A DNA stretch of 64,000 bases from a virus (taxonomy: Duplodnaviria > Caudoviricetes). Position 1 is the first letter of the stretch. Each line of letters opens with the position of its first letter. The DNA is taken from the IMG/VR virus record IMGVR_UViG_3300033076_000411, positions 19,233-83,232 of that record; one strand, given 5' to 3'. The notes under the pieces are model-generated. The model was not told the origin of the DNA. It did no database searches and saw only the letters and a program-made list of their open reading frames with translations. The translations under genes were made by a program, and so were the position numbers. This document shows, piece after piece, positions 17,599 through 26,960 of this stretch.

Positions 17599-20500
17599 TG
17601 GCTTATATCGGTATTAATCCTAATACACCGTTGCTTAATACCAGCACTGAATTCTTTAGTGGAAATAGTGCTGCTACTGAGTTTACGTTGAACAGAGCAG
17701 TTTCATCAGCGTCGGATCTTGACGTTATGATCGGCACTACATTGCAGCGTCCGTATACAGATTATACCGCTGGGAACACAACATTGTTGTTCACAAGTGC
17801 TCCAGGCACTGGATCTAATAACATCACTGTTACATATCGTGCTGGTGCTCTAAACTCTCTAGACTTGACAGCCAGCGTTTTTAACTCTGGCACAGAAGGC
17901 AACCCCAGTGTCTACTCATTAGCAGGCGACAACACAGGTATCTACTGGGCTAACTCACAATCGATGAGTGTCACAGTTCAAGGATCGGACCGTGTAGTAT
18001 TCAACGGCAACGCTACTTCGGTTAGTTCAACAACTGGTGCGATTGTTGTTGCAGGTGGAGTTGGCGCAGCAGGCAACGTTAATGTAACTGGAATTATTGC
18101 TACTTCCAACAACACAGAAAGTTCATCAGTTTATAATGGTGCTCTAACTGTGGGCGGCGGAGCAGGCATTGTTGGTAACTTAAACGTTGGCGGAGATATT
18201 ACCTGCGTTGGTGACTTTACAGTTAACGGTATCTTTACTACTACTGGTACAGACTCTCTAGAAGTTAACGATCCGTTTATCTTCTTGGCCAACGCCAACC
18301 CAGGCGACACTTACGATACAGGTGTTGTCTCTCAATACTACGATGGTGCAAATACTCGTTACACTGGTTATTTCCGCGACATCACAGATAACAAATACAA
18401 GTTGTTTGGTAATTTGTTAACAAAACCCAGTACAACAGTTGACACAGGTAATGCAAGTTTCCAACTACAAGATTTAGTCTTAGCCAATCTATCTGCTACT
18501 GGTACAGTTAATGCAGCATACTTGTACGGTGACGGTTCTAATTTAACAGGTATCTCCACAGATACTACACAAATTTTAAATAGCACCAGTAAGGTTATTA
18601 TTCCTTCGGCTAACGGCAACATTGTTGCCAACGTTAACGGTGTTACAATCGCTAACATTTGGTCTAGCGGTATCGCTGTAGTTGGTGGTGTTACTACAAC
18701 AACTACTCTTAGTGCAACCGGTAACGTTGCTGGTGGCAACATCACAACTGCTGGTGCTGTTAGCGCCGCTGGTAACATCGTTACCAGCACAGGCAATGTA
18801 AGTGGCGGCAATATTTTAACTGGCGGTTTAATCCAAGCCACTGCTAACATTGACGGGGGCAACTTACGTACTACTGGGCAAGTATCAGCAGGTGGCAACA
18901 TTCAAGGCGGTAACATTAAAACTGCTGGATTGATTTCGGCAACTGGTGATATCTACGGTACTAACTTTATTGGAACTACTGCTACTGCAACTGCTAACAT
19001 CGACGGTGGTAATATCATCAGCCAAGGTATTGTAACCACAGTTGGCGATATCTTAGGTGGTGGCGCAGTAAGTGCAGTTGGTAACATCACCGGCGGCAAT
19101 GTTAACACAGGTATTTTAAGTTTAACCGGTAACATTCTTGGTGCTATTAACACAGTTTCGAACGTTACAACAACTGGTAACATTGCTGGTGGCAATATAT
19201 TTGCATCGCAATTGTTGCAAGGTGTGACATTGAGTGCGTCAGGCGGAGTTACATTCAGCACCTCTGCACAAGCAATTAATATTGCTACAAGCCAAACAAC
19301 TGGTAATGCAAATATTGGCGGAACAGCACAAACAGGTTTCATTACCGTTGGCCGCTCAACCGCCACACAACCAATCTACATTGGCAACGGTGTCACATCA
19401 TCAGGCAACACCAAAACTCTCAGCATTGGTGAAAATGGTGCAGCAGGGTCTACAACTACTATTGGGATAGGTGCTGCATTAGGCACAGGCTCAGCAACAT
19501 TTAACGCTGCAACTCCTGTAGCAATTGCTAACACCAGCGGTACTGCTCTTAGTGTAGCAGGTAATATCACAGGCGGTAACTTGTCTACATCAGGTAGCGG
19601 TGGCAACATTACAGGTGCCAACGTTGTATCTGCAACAACGTTTAACGGTACCACTATTTCAATGTCGGGTAACATCACAGGCGGTAACGTTATTTCGATT
19701 GCTGCGGTAAGTGCTGTATCCGTAGTAGCAACTGGCAACGTAAACGGTGGCAACCTAATTACCACCGGTGCTATTTCTGCAGGTGGATTAGTTTCTGCAA
19801 CTGGTAACGTAACAGGCGGTAACATCAACACAGCAGGTTTAGTAAGTTCAACAGGTAACGTTACCAACGGCATTGCTAACGTACTTACTGGTAACTTGCT
19901 TGCCACAACATTGGTATCAGGGGCAACACTAACTGGCACAACACTCAGTGCGTCAGGTAACGTTGTTGGTGGTAACTTAAATGCTGCTGGACTGAGCCTA
20001 AGTGGCAACGTTATCTCAGCGTTGAACATGGTTACAGCCATTACTACCACTGCTAACATCACCGGCGGCAACATTTTAACCAGTGGATTAATCAGTGCAA
20101 CTGGTGCAGTTACTGGCAGTCAGTTCAACGGTTCAGGTGCTGGACTTACATCGATTCCGGCAGCAAACGTAACAGGTACATTGAGTGTTAATACCACAGG
20201 CTATGCAGCCACAGTATCTGGTGCAGCCCAGGCAAACATTACTTCAGTTGGTACACTAACAAGTTTAGCAGTTACTGGCGCAGTTACAGCCGGAAGTTTG
20301 AATATTTCAACAGGTACCGCCAACGTTGGTAGTATCACCAATGCTAACGCAACTGGTGTAGGCAATATCGGTAATGCTACTGTGGGCTTTAACACAATAT
20401 TTGCTAAAGCAACATCAGCACAATACGCTGACTTGGCAGAAAATTATGCAGCCGATGCAAAATATGCTCCGGGTACTGTGTTAGAATTTGGTGGTGAATT

Positions 20501-20795
20501 TGAAGTTACTGTTGCTAAACCAGGCAGTGCTCGAGTAGCAGGTGTGGTGTCTACTAACCCAGCGCACGTTATGAATTCAACCCTAGCAGCAGAACACATT
20601 GCTACATTGGCACTAACTGGTCGAGTACCAACAAGCGTAGTAGGAACAGTGCGCAAGGGTGATTTAATGATTCCAGCAGGCAACGGTCAGGCTCAGGCAT
20701 GTGCAACTCCTGTTATTGGATCAGTAATCGGTAAAGCACTTGAAAACTTCGATGGCGAAGCAGGTGTAATTGAAGTTGTAGTCGGTAGACTATAA
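17598..20795 (+). CDS. Tail fibre protein with C-terminal peptidase G2/intramolecular chaperone-like domain
   Basis: 1065 aa with SATGN repeats. The C-terminal YADLAENY...PGTVLEFGG...VAGVVSTNPAHVMN...ALTGRVP...RKGDLM...VIGKALE (from about 20424) fits the autocleaving chaperone domain. Confidence 0.8.
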   Translation: MAYIGINPNTPLLNTSTEFFSGNSAATEFTLNRAVSSASDLDVMIGTTLQRPYTDYTAGNTTLLFTSAPGTGSNNITVTYRAGALNSLDLTASVFNSGTEGNPSVYSLAGDNTGIYWANSQSMSVTVQGSDRVVFNGNATSVSSTTGAIVVAGGVGAAGNVNVTGIIATSNNTESSSVYNGALTVGGGAGIVGNLNVGGDITCVGDFTVNGIFTTTGTDSLEVNDPFIFLANANPGDTYDTGVVSQYYDGANTRYTGYFRDITDNKYKLFGNLLTKPSTTVDTGNASFQLQDLVLANLSATGTVNAAYLYGDGSNLTGISTDTTQILNSTSKVIIPSANGNIVANVNGVTIANIWSSGIAVVGGVTTTTTLSATGNVAGGNITTAGAVSAAGNIVTSTGNVSGGNILTGGLIQATANIDGGNLRTTGQVSAGGNIQGGNIKTAGLISATGDIYGTNFIGTTATATANIDGGNIISQGIVTTVGDILGGGAVSAVGNITGGNVNTGILSLTGNILGAINTVSNVTTTGNIAGGNIFASQLLQGVTLSASGGVTFSTSAQAINIATSQTTGNANIGGTAQTGFITVGRSTATQPIYIGNGVTSSGNTKTLSIGENGAAGSTTTIGIGAALGTGSATFNAATPVAIANTSGTALSVAGNITGGNLSTSGSGGNITGANVVSATTFNGTTISMSGNITGGNVISIAAVSAVSVVATGNVNGGNLITTGAISAGGLVSATGNVTGGNINTAGLVSSTGNVTNGIANVLTGNLLATTLVSGATLTGTTLSASGNVVGGNLNAAGLSLSGNVISALNMVTAITTTANITGGNILTSGLISATGAVTGSQFNGSGAGLTSIPAANVTGTLSVNTTGYAATVSGAAQANITSVGTLTSLAVTGAVTAGSLNISTGTANVGSITNANATGVGNIGNATVGFNTIFAKATSAQYADLAENYAADAKYAPGTVLEFGGEFEVTVAKPGSARVAGVVSTNPAHVMNSTLAAEHIATLALTGRVPTSVVGTVRKGDLMIPAGNGQAQACATPVIGSVIGKALENFDGEAGVIEVVVGRL

Positions 20796-20804
20796 GGATA
20801 AAAA

Positions 20805-21197
20805 ATGGCTTACTTAGGTAACACACCACAAATTGGACAATATAGAAAGATGGATAGCCTATCTTTCAATGGAGTCACACAAACGTTCAACATCACAGTT
20901 GATGGGGTAGCATTTACTCCCCCTACTGCGTATGCAATGATGGTAAGTTTGGACAACGTGATACTGAATCCTGGCGTTGATTTTAGTATTTCGGGTTCAC
21001 AAATAAGTTTCGCGGTGCCCCCAGAAAACTTAACACCATTTTTCGGCTTGCTGTTTGGCGATACGCTATATACTGGCACACCCAGCGATGCTACTGTTAT
21101 AGACAGCAAAATTGCAACAGGAACAATAAGTTACAACAAATTCAGTGTTGACACACAAGCAACATTGACGGCTAATCAAATCATATTTGGAGTTTAA
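20805..21197 (+). CDS. Small virion/fibre-associated protein
   Basis: 130 aa. Its N-terminus (MAYLGNTP...FNGVTQTFNITVDG) parallels that of the 17598 fibre (MAYIGINP...FSGNSAATEFTL). Confidence 0.6.
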   Translation: MAYLGNTPQIGQYRKMDSLSFNGVTQTFNITVDGVAFTPPTAYAMMVSLDNVILNPGVDFSISGSQISFAVPPENLTPFFGLLFGDTLYTGTPSDATVIDSKIATGTISYNKFSVDTQATLTANQIIFGV

Positions 21198-21200
21198 AAG

Positions 21201-24200
21201 ATGGCAAGAGAAAGAATTAATGAATACGTTTTTACACCAGGAACTGCTGGCTTAGGAACGATCAAAGTACAAGGTCGAGTAAATCTCCAAGACTTTTTGG
21301 CCATCTATAATACAACAACTAATCAGTCAATTTATAATTTTGGCGCACCTACTCAAGGTGGTACAGTGAGTTGGGCCGATGGTACAACTGCTGATTTTCC
21401 AGCAGCATACGCAGGTGTTACTACTCTTACACTAGACCTTGACACTAGCACAATGAGCGCCAATGATAAGTTGGCCATCTATATCGAAGGTGAGTATATT
21501 GCCACACAACCTTGGGCGTTTGGCATGGATGCCATTGGCCGCAGCCGTGTTGCAAATCCAGAAGCCCTGATTGACGCTGACTTTGAATATGGCTTACAAA
21601 ATACCAAGTGGCAGAACTTTTCTACAAACAACAACATTCCTGGATTCTTTGAATATACAGGCGCTGACATTTTCCTGGCGACCAACGGTTATGTTTCTTT
21701 CCTTGCTGGCGATGATACTATTTCGTCAAACATTGATACATCTGTAAAACTAAGCAACCCAGGTACTCCTGAATGGGCCACAAATGATTTTGCTTTGCTT
21801 ATTAGTCAAACACAAGGCAACGTAACTCCTTTTGTAACTACCTATGTTTCTACAGCAGTACCTAGTCCGCAAGAACGTACATTTACTGTGGCCAGCACTA
21901 CAGGTATCTCTGCAGACGACAATGTATTATTGTTACCAATTCCCGCTAGTGCAGCGACTACTTTGGCGACAACCATTTCAAGCACAGCAACTACTTCTGT
22001 TGTAGTGGCCAACGCTGCTGGTATTGTTGACGGTAACTATATTACAATCGAAACTGCTACTGCAAACGTATTTGAAGTTATGGCAGTTACCAACGTATCG
22101 GCAAACACACTCACGGTTACACGCCGCACAAACAACACCAACGGTGCTGGCTCAAACATTAACTCAGGCAAGAACGTTTATGTTCTTGGCGAACCAGAAA
22201 TTGCCAAAGTATACGAAGTCACAGACTCAACTACGTTACAATTGCAGCGTGGTTGGTACAACATTCCTAGTGCAAACAGTTTGCCTGTAGGTAGTATTGT
22301 TCAACGATTATCGGGCAACGTTGAACTAGTAGAACATACTTCGGTTAGCACAGCAGTTAACGGTACACAAACTATTAGTCGCAGTGCATTTGGATCAACA
22401 GCATTAACCGCAGCAGGCGCAGGTTCATTAATGGTCCGCATGACTGGTATGTACAATGCTAGCACTAATGCCAACGTTCCGCTAGTTGCAGTTAATGCAC
22501 CCGATCATGGAATCAGTGACGGCGAAGGCGAATATTGTACAGTTCTCAACACTTATAGCAGTAATGCTGAAGGCCTGAACATTGTTAGTAATCTAGGTTA
22601 TAATACCAACAACTTTAGTTACTATCCGCACCGTGATCCAGCCCTAGCATTGGGTTACACACTTAATCAAACAGATACTGTTGTACGTGAAGCATATCCA
22701 TTTGATGGTGCTGACCTTGATATTACTAGTATCACTAGTGATGGTGCTAACCCAAGTACAATTACTGTAACAACAACTTATGCTCACGGCTTGGTACCCG
22801 GAACTCCAATCTTGGCTAACCTAATGTCTGGAACCAACTATGCCTACGGTCTAGGTAGTTTCTTGATCCTCAGTGTACCAAGTACAACTACATTCACATA
22901 CCAAGCAAAAACTGGTGCAGCAGTATCTGGAAGTATTACAGGAACAATCAACGTTCGTTCTAATGCAACATTCTTGCCAAGACCATTTGACGGTGGTGTT
23001 ATCTTAGGCCCAGGCGTTCCTACACACGGCGCAAGTGCTATTCGTCAAACCAAGAAGTACTTCCGTTATCAATCTGGTAAAGGTATCTTGTTTACGTCTG
23101 GTACAATGTTGAAGCCAACATTTGACATTACTACTTTGTCAGCCGATGGAACAGCAGTTAACAGTATCATTACAGTAACCACAGACTTAGAAAACGGTTT
23201 ACAAAAAGGTGCAGTTATCGGTATTTCTGGAGTGAACACAACAGGATATTCAAGATCAGGGTATGTAGTAACCAGTATCATTAGTGATACAAGTTTTACC
23301 GTTCAAGCACAGGTAGAACTCGGTTCTGCTACTCCTGATCTAGCACCTCAGCCTAGAGTAAACACAGAATCCTGGCATGGTAGTTCAATCCGTGCAGGTA
23401 TTTTTGATGATCAGAACGGTATGTTCTGGGAATGTGATGGCACAAACATCAACGTAGTACAACGCAGTTCAACATTCCAGGTTGCTGGATATGTGTCTGT
23501 AGGCGTTGGATCGAACTTGGTTGTAGGTGATACAATTTGCCGATTCCAAGACCAACTCAACAATGGCGACAATGTTGTTATACGCGGCATGACTCATACT
23601 GTGACATCTATCTTAGATCAACAACGTATGACTGTTGTTCCTCCTTATCGCGGCGTTTCTAACCAGAACCGTGTTAAGATGTGTTTGCGCCAAGAAATTC
23701 GCGTACACCAAGAAGATTTCAACATTGATCCACTTGATGGCACTGGACCGAGTGGCTATACTCTCAACCCAAGCAAGATGCAGATGTTGGGTGTAGAATA
23801 CTCATGGTACGGTGCAGGTTATGTACAGTGGATGATCCGTGGCCAAGCCGGTGAGTTTATTATGGCACACCGTCGCCCTAACAACAACTTGAACAATGAA
23901 GCATACTTGCGTTCAGGAAACTTGCCAGCACGTTATGAAGCGATCAACGAAAGTCCAGTTAACAGTTTGGCATCAGCGATCGACGATACTCAAACAACGA
24001 TTACACTAAATGATGCTACAGAGTATCCAAATGCCAGCGTAACATATCCAGCGTTTGTGATGATTGACAGTGAAATTATCAAATATTCAGGCAAGTCGGG
24101 CAACGACTTAACTGGTTGCACTCGTGCTGCAACATTTACTCAGTGGATTGAAGGCGCAAACCGTAGTTTCACTTCTAGTGGAGCAACAAGTCATGCAACC

Positions 24201-25163
24201 AACACTGGTGTTATTTTGATCAGTAACACATGTGCGCCGTTGGTTAATCACTGGGGTTCATCAGTAATCATGGACGGTAATTTTGACGGTGACCAAGGCT
24301 ATCAATTTACATATTCAAGAAACAACTACGGTTTGCCAGCAACAGTTGGTTTAAAACAAGTAGCATTCTGTATGCGTTTAGCACCTAGTGTATCTAACTC
24401 AATTATTGGTGACCTAGGTGAGCGTGACTTGATTAACCGCGCACAGGTTACATTGAACAACATGGTGTTTAACATCACTGCTGGACGTTATCTTGTTGAA
24501 GGTATTTTGAACCCAAGCAACATCGATGCTTCAACAACTAGTTGGACAGGCCTAAACAACCTAGGTGGAGGATTCCAACCTAGTTTCTGTGAATTCTCAA
24601 CTGCTCCTACGTACACCGACCAAACAACAGGCGGCGTAACATCTAGTACTTACGGATCAACTGGCGGCTTCTCAAAGTCAGGTACTAAGATTGTGACAAG
24701 TGGTTCTAAAACTTACGCAGGATTGAGTTTAACCAACGTGTCTAGTTCAGGTTCGGGGGCCAACGTCACAGTTCAATTGACTGCTGCTGGTTCGACTTAT
24801 AACAACAATGACGTACAAATCACTGTTCAGAATCCAGGCACAGGCTACGCTGTTGGCGATACAGTTAAGATTCTTGGAACATCGTTAGGTGGAGCAACAC
24901 CAGCAAACGATTTGAACTTGACTATTGCTGCGATTACAACAGAACTAGTAGGTGGCGAGCGTTTGTTTGCTATCCCAATTTCAACAACTAACTCAGGACA
25001 ACTTGATCTAAGTTCGGTTAAGCAAATTGGTACTAGTGCTATTCCAGGCACTGGGGTATATCCAAATGGTCCAGAAGTACTAGCAATTCAAATTACTGCC
25101 CTGGTAACGTCATCGGCTCCGGTTGGCGAGATACAGTTACAGTATTTCGAAAGCCAGGCTTAA
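21201..25163 (+). CDS. Large virion structural / receptor-binding-like protein
   Basis: 1320 aa with repeated small beta-domains (ITVTTTYAHGL, ITVTTDLENGL) and a lectin-like core (RQTKKYFRYQSGKG, GIFDDQNGMFWE, YSWYGAG). Confidence 0.65.
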   Translation: MARERINEYVFTPGTAGLGTIKVQGRVNLQDFLAIYNTTTNQSIYNFGAPTQGGTVSWADGTTADFPAAYAGVTTLTLDLDTSTMSANDKLAIYIEGEYIATQPWAFGMDAIGRSRVANPEALIDADFEYGLQNTKWQNFSTNNNIPGFFEYTGADIFLATNGYVSFLAGDDTISSNIDTSVKLSNPGTPEWATNDFALLISQTQGNVTPFVTTYVSTAVPSPQERTFTVASTTGISADDNVLLLPIPASAATTLATTISSTATTSVVVANAAGIVDGNYITIETATANVFEVMAVTNVSANTLTVTRRTNNTNGAGSNINSGKNVYVLGEPEIAKVYEVTDSTTLQLQRGWYNIPSANSLPVGSIVQRLSGNVELVEHTSVSTAVNGTQTISRSAFGSTALTAAGAGSLMVRMTGMYNASTNANVPLVAVNAPDHGISDGEGEYCTVLNTYSSNAEGLNIVSNLGYNTNNFSYYPHRDPALALGYTLNQTDTVVREAYPFDGADLDITSITSDGANPSTITVTTTYAHGLVPGTPILANLMSGTNYAYGLGSFLILSVPSTTTFTYQAKTGAAVSGSITGTINVRSNATFLPRPFDGGVILGPGVPTHGASAIRQTKKYFRYQSGKGILFTSGTMLKPTFDITTLSADGTAVNSIITVTTDLENGLQKGAVIGISGVNTTGYSRSGYVVTSIISDTSFTVQAQVELGSATPDLAPQPRVNTESWHGSSIRAGIFDDQNGMFWECDGTNINVVQRSSTFQVAGYVSVGVGSNLVVGDTICRFQDQLNNGDNVVIRGMTHTVTSILDQQRMTVVPPYRGVSNQNRVKMCLRQEIRVHQEDFNIDPLDGTGPSGYTLNPSKMQMLGVEYSWYGAGYVQWMIRGQAGEFIMAHRRPNNNLNNEAYLRSGNLPARYEAINESPVNSLASAIDDTQTTITLNDATEYPNASVTYPAFVMIDSEIIKYSGKSGNDLTGCTRAATFTQWIEGANRSFTSSGATSHATNTGVILISNTCAPLVNHWGSSVIMDGNFDGDQGYQFTYSRNNYGLPATVGLKQVAFCMRLAPSVSNSIIGDLGERDLINRAQVTLNNMVFNITAGRYLVEGILNPSNIDASTTSWTGLNNLGGGFQPSFCEFSTAPTYTDQTTGGVTSSTYGSTGGFSKSGTKIVTSGSKTYAGLSLTNVSSSGSGANVTVQLTAAGSTYNNNDVQITVQNPGTGYAVGDTVKILGTSLGGATPANDLNLTIAAITTELVGGERLFAIPISTTNSGQLDLSSVKQIGTSAIPGTGVYPNGPEVLAIQITALVTSSAPVGEIQLQYFESQA

Positions 25164-25594
25164 CGAACAAGATCCTGCTCAACAAGCAGGATTTTGCTTT
25201 GTACTGCTTCAATGTTTACAGTACTCCAGAGGCCTGGGTGCATAGGACGAGGGAATGTGCCTGAATCGATCCAGGCATATCCTATGTGCTCGTGATTGAG
25301 TGTAGGAACAAACTCGTAGGCCACAATGCATACCCAGGTATGATATTCAAATACACCATCTGAGCCTGTGAATTTTTCTAACGGGATAAGTTTTTTGTAG
25401 GCAGGGAAATAGCCTAGTTCTTCAATGCATTCTCTTTCCATACCACCTAGAAGAGTTTCGCCTTCTTCAATTTTGCCACCCGGTAACCCCCAAGCACCGG
25501 GATGCTTTGGGTCGTTGCGTAGTAGATAAAGATAGCGTCCTGTAGATGCACTACGGAACCAAACGCCAACGGCTTTCAAAGTACGAGTCTCCAT
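25160..25594 (-). CDS. NUDIX hydrolase
   Basis: Nudix box GGKIEEGETLLGGMERECIEELG. Confidence 0.9.
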   Translation of the reverse strand: METRTLKAVGVWFRSASTGRYLYLLRNDPKHPGAWGLPGGKIEEGETLLGGMERECIEELGYFPAYKKLIPLEKFTGSDGVFEYHTWVCIVAYEFVPTLNHEHIGYAWIDSGTFPRPMHPGLWSTVNIEAVQSKILLVEQDLVR

Positions 25595-26958
25595 GTACCA
25601 CCAGGATACACGCCTTGATAACTTTTAATCCATTCTTGGCCAGTCCACAGATATTGTTGTGCGGTTGTTAAGTTAGTAACAAACTGTTCGCCGCCTTGTG
25701 CAGCAGCCAAGAATACAATACGCCAGCAGGTGCCGTCGTATTCAATGATATCATTGGCACTGGCTTCAATTTGACGGCCAAACTCTCCGATCCAAGGCTG
25801 TGCTGAACCTACATCGTCTGTTAGCAAATATCTTTGCCCCAGTGCAGCATTTGGCAAGCCTTGACCAGGTGCGCTAGTCAATGGGTTAATGATAGCATTG
25901 ATAGCAGGTAACGTATTTTGTGGCACAGTATCGACGTCAACATCAAACAACACAAACCGATCATCATTTGGGTCTAGGGCAATGGTACCAATAACTTCAG
26001 TACCGTCGGGCTGTTCAAATCTAAGTTGACTTACTCCTGGGCGTAATACACCATACATGCCAATGATAGCAGGCCACAGTAAATTAGAATCAGGGATGAT
26101 ATCTGTTGGAGTCAGTGATGTATTGCTAGGCTCTTGAATAATATTTTTCTGTTGCAAGCATTGCACTTTGTTGCCAATAAGAACAGTGGCATAGTTATAC
26201 GGTGTAATAACTTGTCTGGTTCCCATTAGCAAGTCGTTGTTGTAAATTGCTTCAGCAGCATCGCCTTGTGAATCGTAGATTGACATAACAACACGTTCAA
26301 CAACACCGAGTTTTTTAACTTTGGCAGGACTTGAAATCCAGATTGGCAAACTAAATTTTAAAGTAGCAACGTCAATTGGATTTTCTGTGCCAACAGGAAC
26401 AGTTCTTGAAGTCCATGTCACAGAATCCAGTTCGCATACAGTTAAACTAGTCCAGTCAATGTAGTTGTCAGTTGATTGAATTTCTAATGCAGGATTAAAC
26501 AGAGTTAGCATTTGTTCCAGTAACTGCATTTTTTGATTTGTGTTGCTGGTCCAAATGTCAAGTGTGATACCTAACTTATATGGCACAGGCATTAGTCGTT
26601 CAATAGTAAATGCATTACCCTGTGTAGTCTCGTAAGTGTCTGTAACAGTATCATAAGCACGTTGACGAACATTCATCTTGCTCACAAAGTACGGCTCTTG
26701 CATACGAGGACGATCATAATCTAAACTACTGACATAAAATGTCATTAATGGAGTTGATGGTAAACTACTTGCTGAGTTGTTTTGAAGAACAGTTTGTGCA
26801 TTGCGACTAGCATCACCATAACGAACAGGCACACGAAGCAATGCAGCATTGTTGACACCATCATTTTCGTTACCGTACTCCACTTGAAAGTTTGACATCA
26901 TTCTAGTGAATTGCAGTAAGAATCTGCGTATTTGCGCATCGTAAAAAAATTGTTGCAT
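25576..26958 (-). CDS. gp15: Tail terminator / sheath stabiliser, T4 gp15-like, with C-terminal extension
   Basis: MQQFFYDAQIRRFLLQF..FSNFQV-like start, RVPVRYG, MPVPYKLGITLDIWT...QLLEQMLTLFNP; adjacent to the gp14-like gene. Confidence 0.75.
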   Translation of the reverse strand: MQQFFYDAQIRRFLLQFTRMMSNFQVEYGNENDGVNNAALLRVPVRYGDASRNAQTVLQNNSASSLPSTPLMTFYVSSLDYDRPRMQEPYFVSKMNVRQRAYDTVTDTYETTQGNAFTIERLMPVPYKLGITLDIWTSNTNQKMQLLEQMLTLFNPALEIQSTDNYIDWTSLTVCELDSVTWTSRTVPVGTENPIDVATLKFSLPIWISSPAKVKKLGVVERVVMSIYDSQGDAAEAIYNNDLLMGTRQVITPYNYATVLIGNKVQCLQQKNIIQEPSNTSLTPTDIIPDSNLLWPAIIGMYGVLRPGVSQLRFEQPDGTEVIGTIALDPNDDRFVLFDVDVDTVPQNTLPAINAIINPLTSAPGQGLPNAALGQRYLLTDDVGSAQPWIGEFGRQIEASANDIIEYDGTCWRIVFLAAAQGGEQFVTNLTTAQQYLWTGQEWIKSYQGVYPGGTWRLVL

Positions 26959-26960
26959 GT

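Noticed and set aside
8203-20683. Many long minus-strand ORFs (e.g. 12267-12956, 15321-16022, 19376-20074) with LPPV/MLP repeats
   Set aside because: These are shadow frames produced by the codon pattern of the GGN/ATGN repeats. They have no RBS or promoters and are fully nested antisense to fibre genes.
9070-20795. CRISPR array or diversity-generating retroelement within the repeats
   Set aside because: The repeats are in frame, degenerate at third positions and lack unique spacers. There is no reverse transcriptase and no adenine-specific TR/VR pair in the window.
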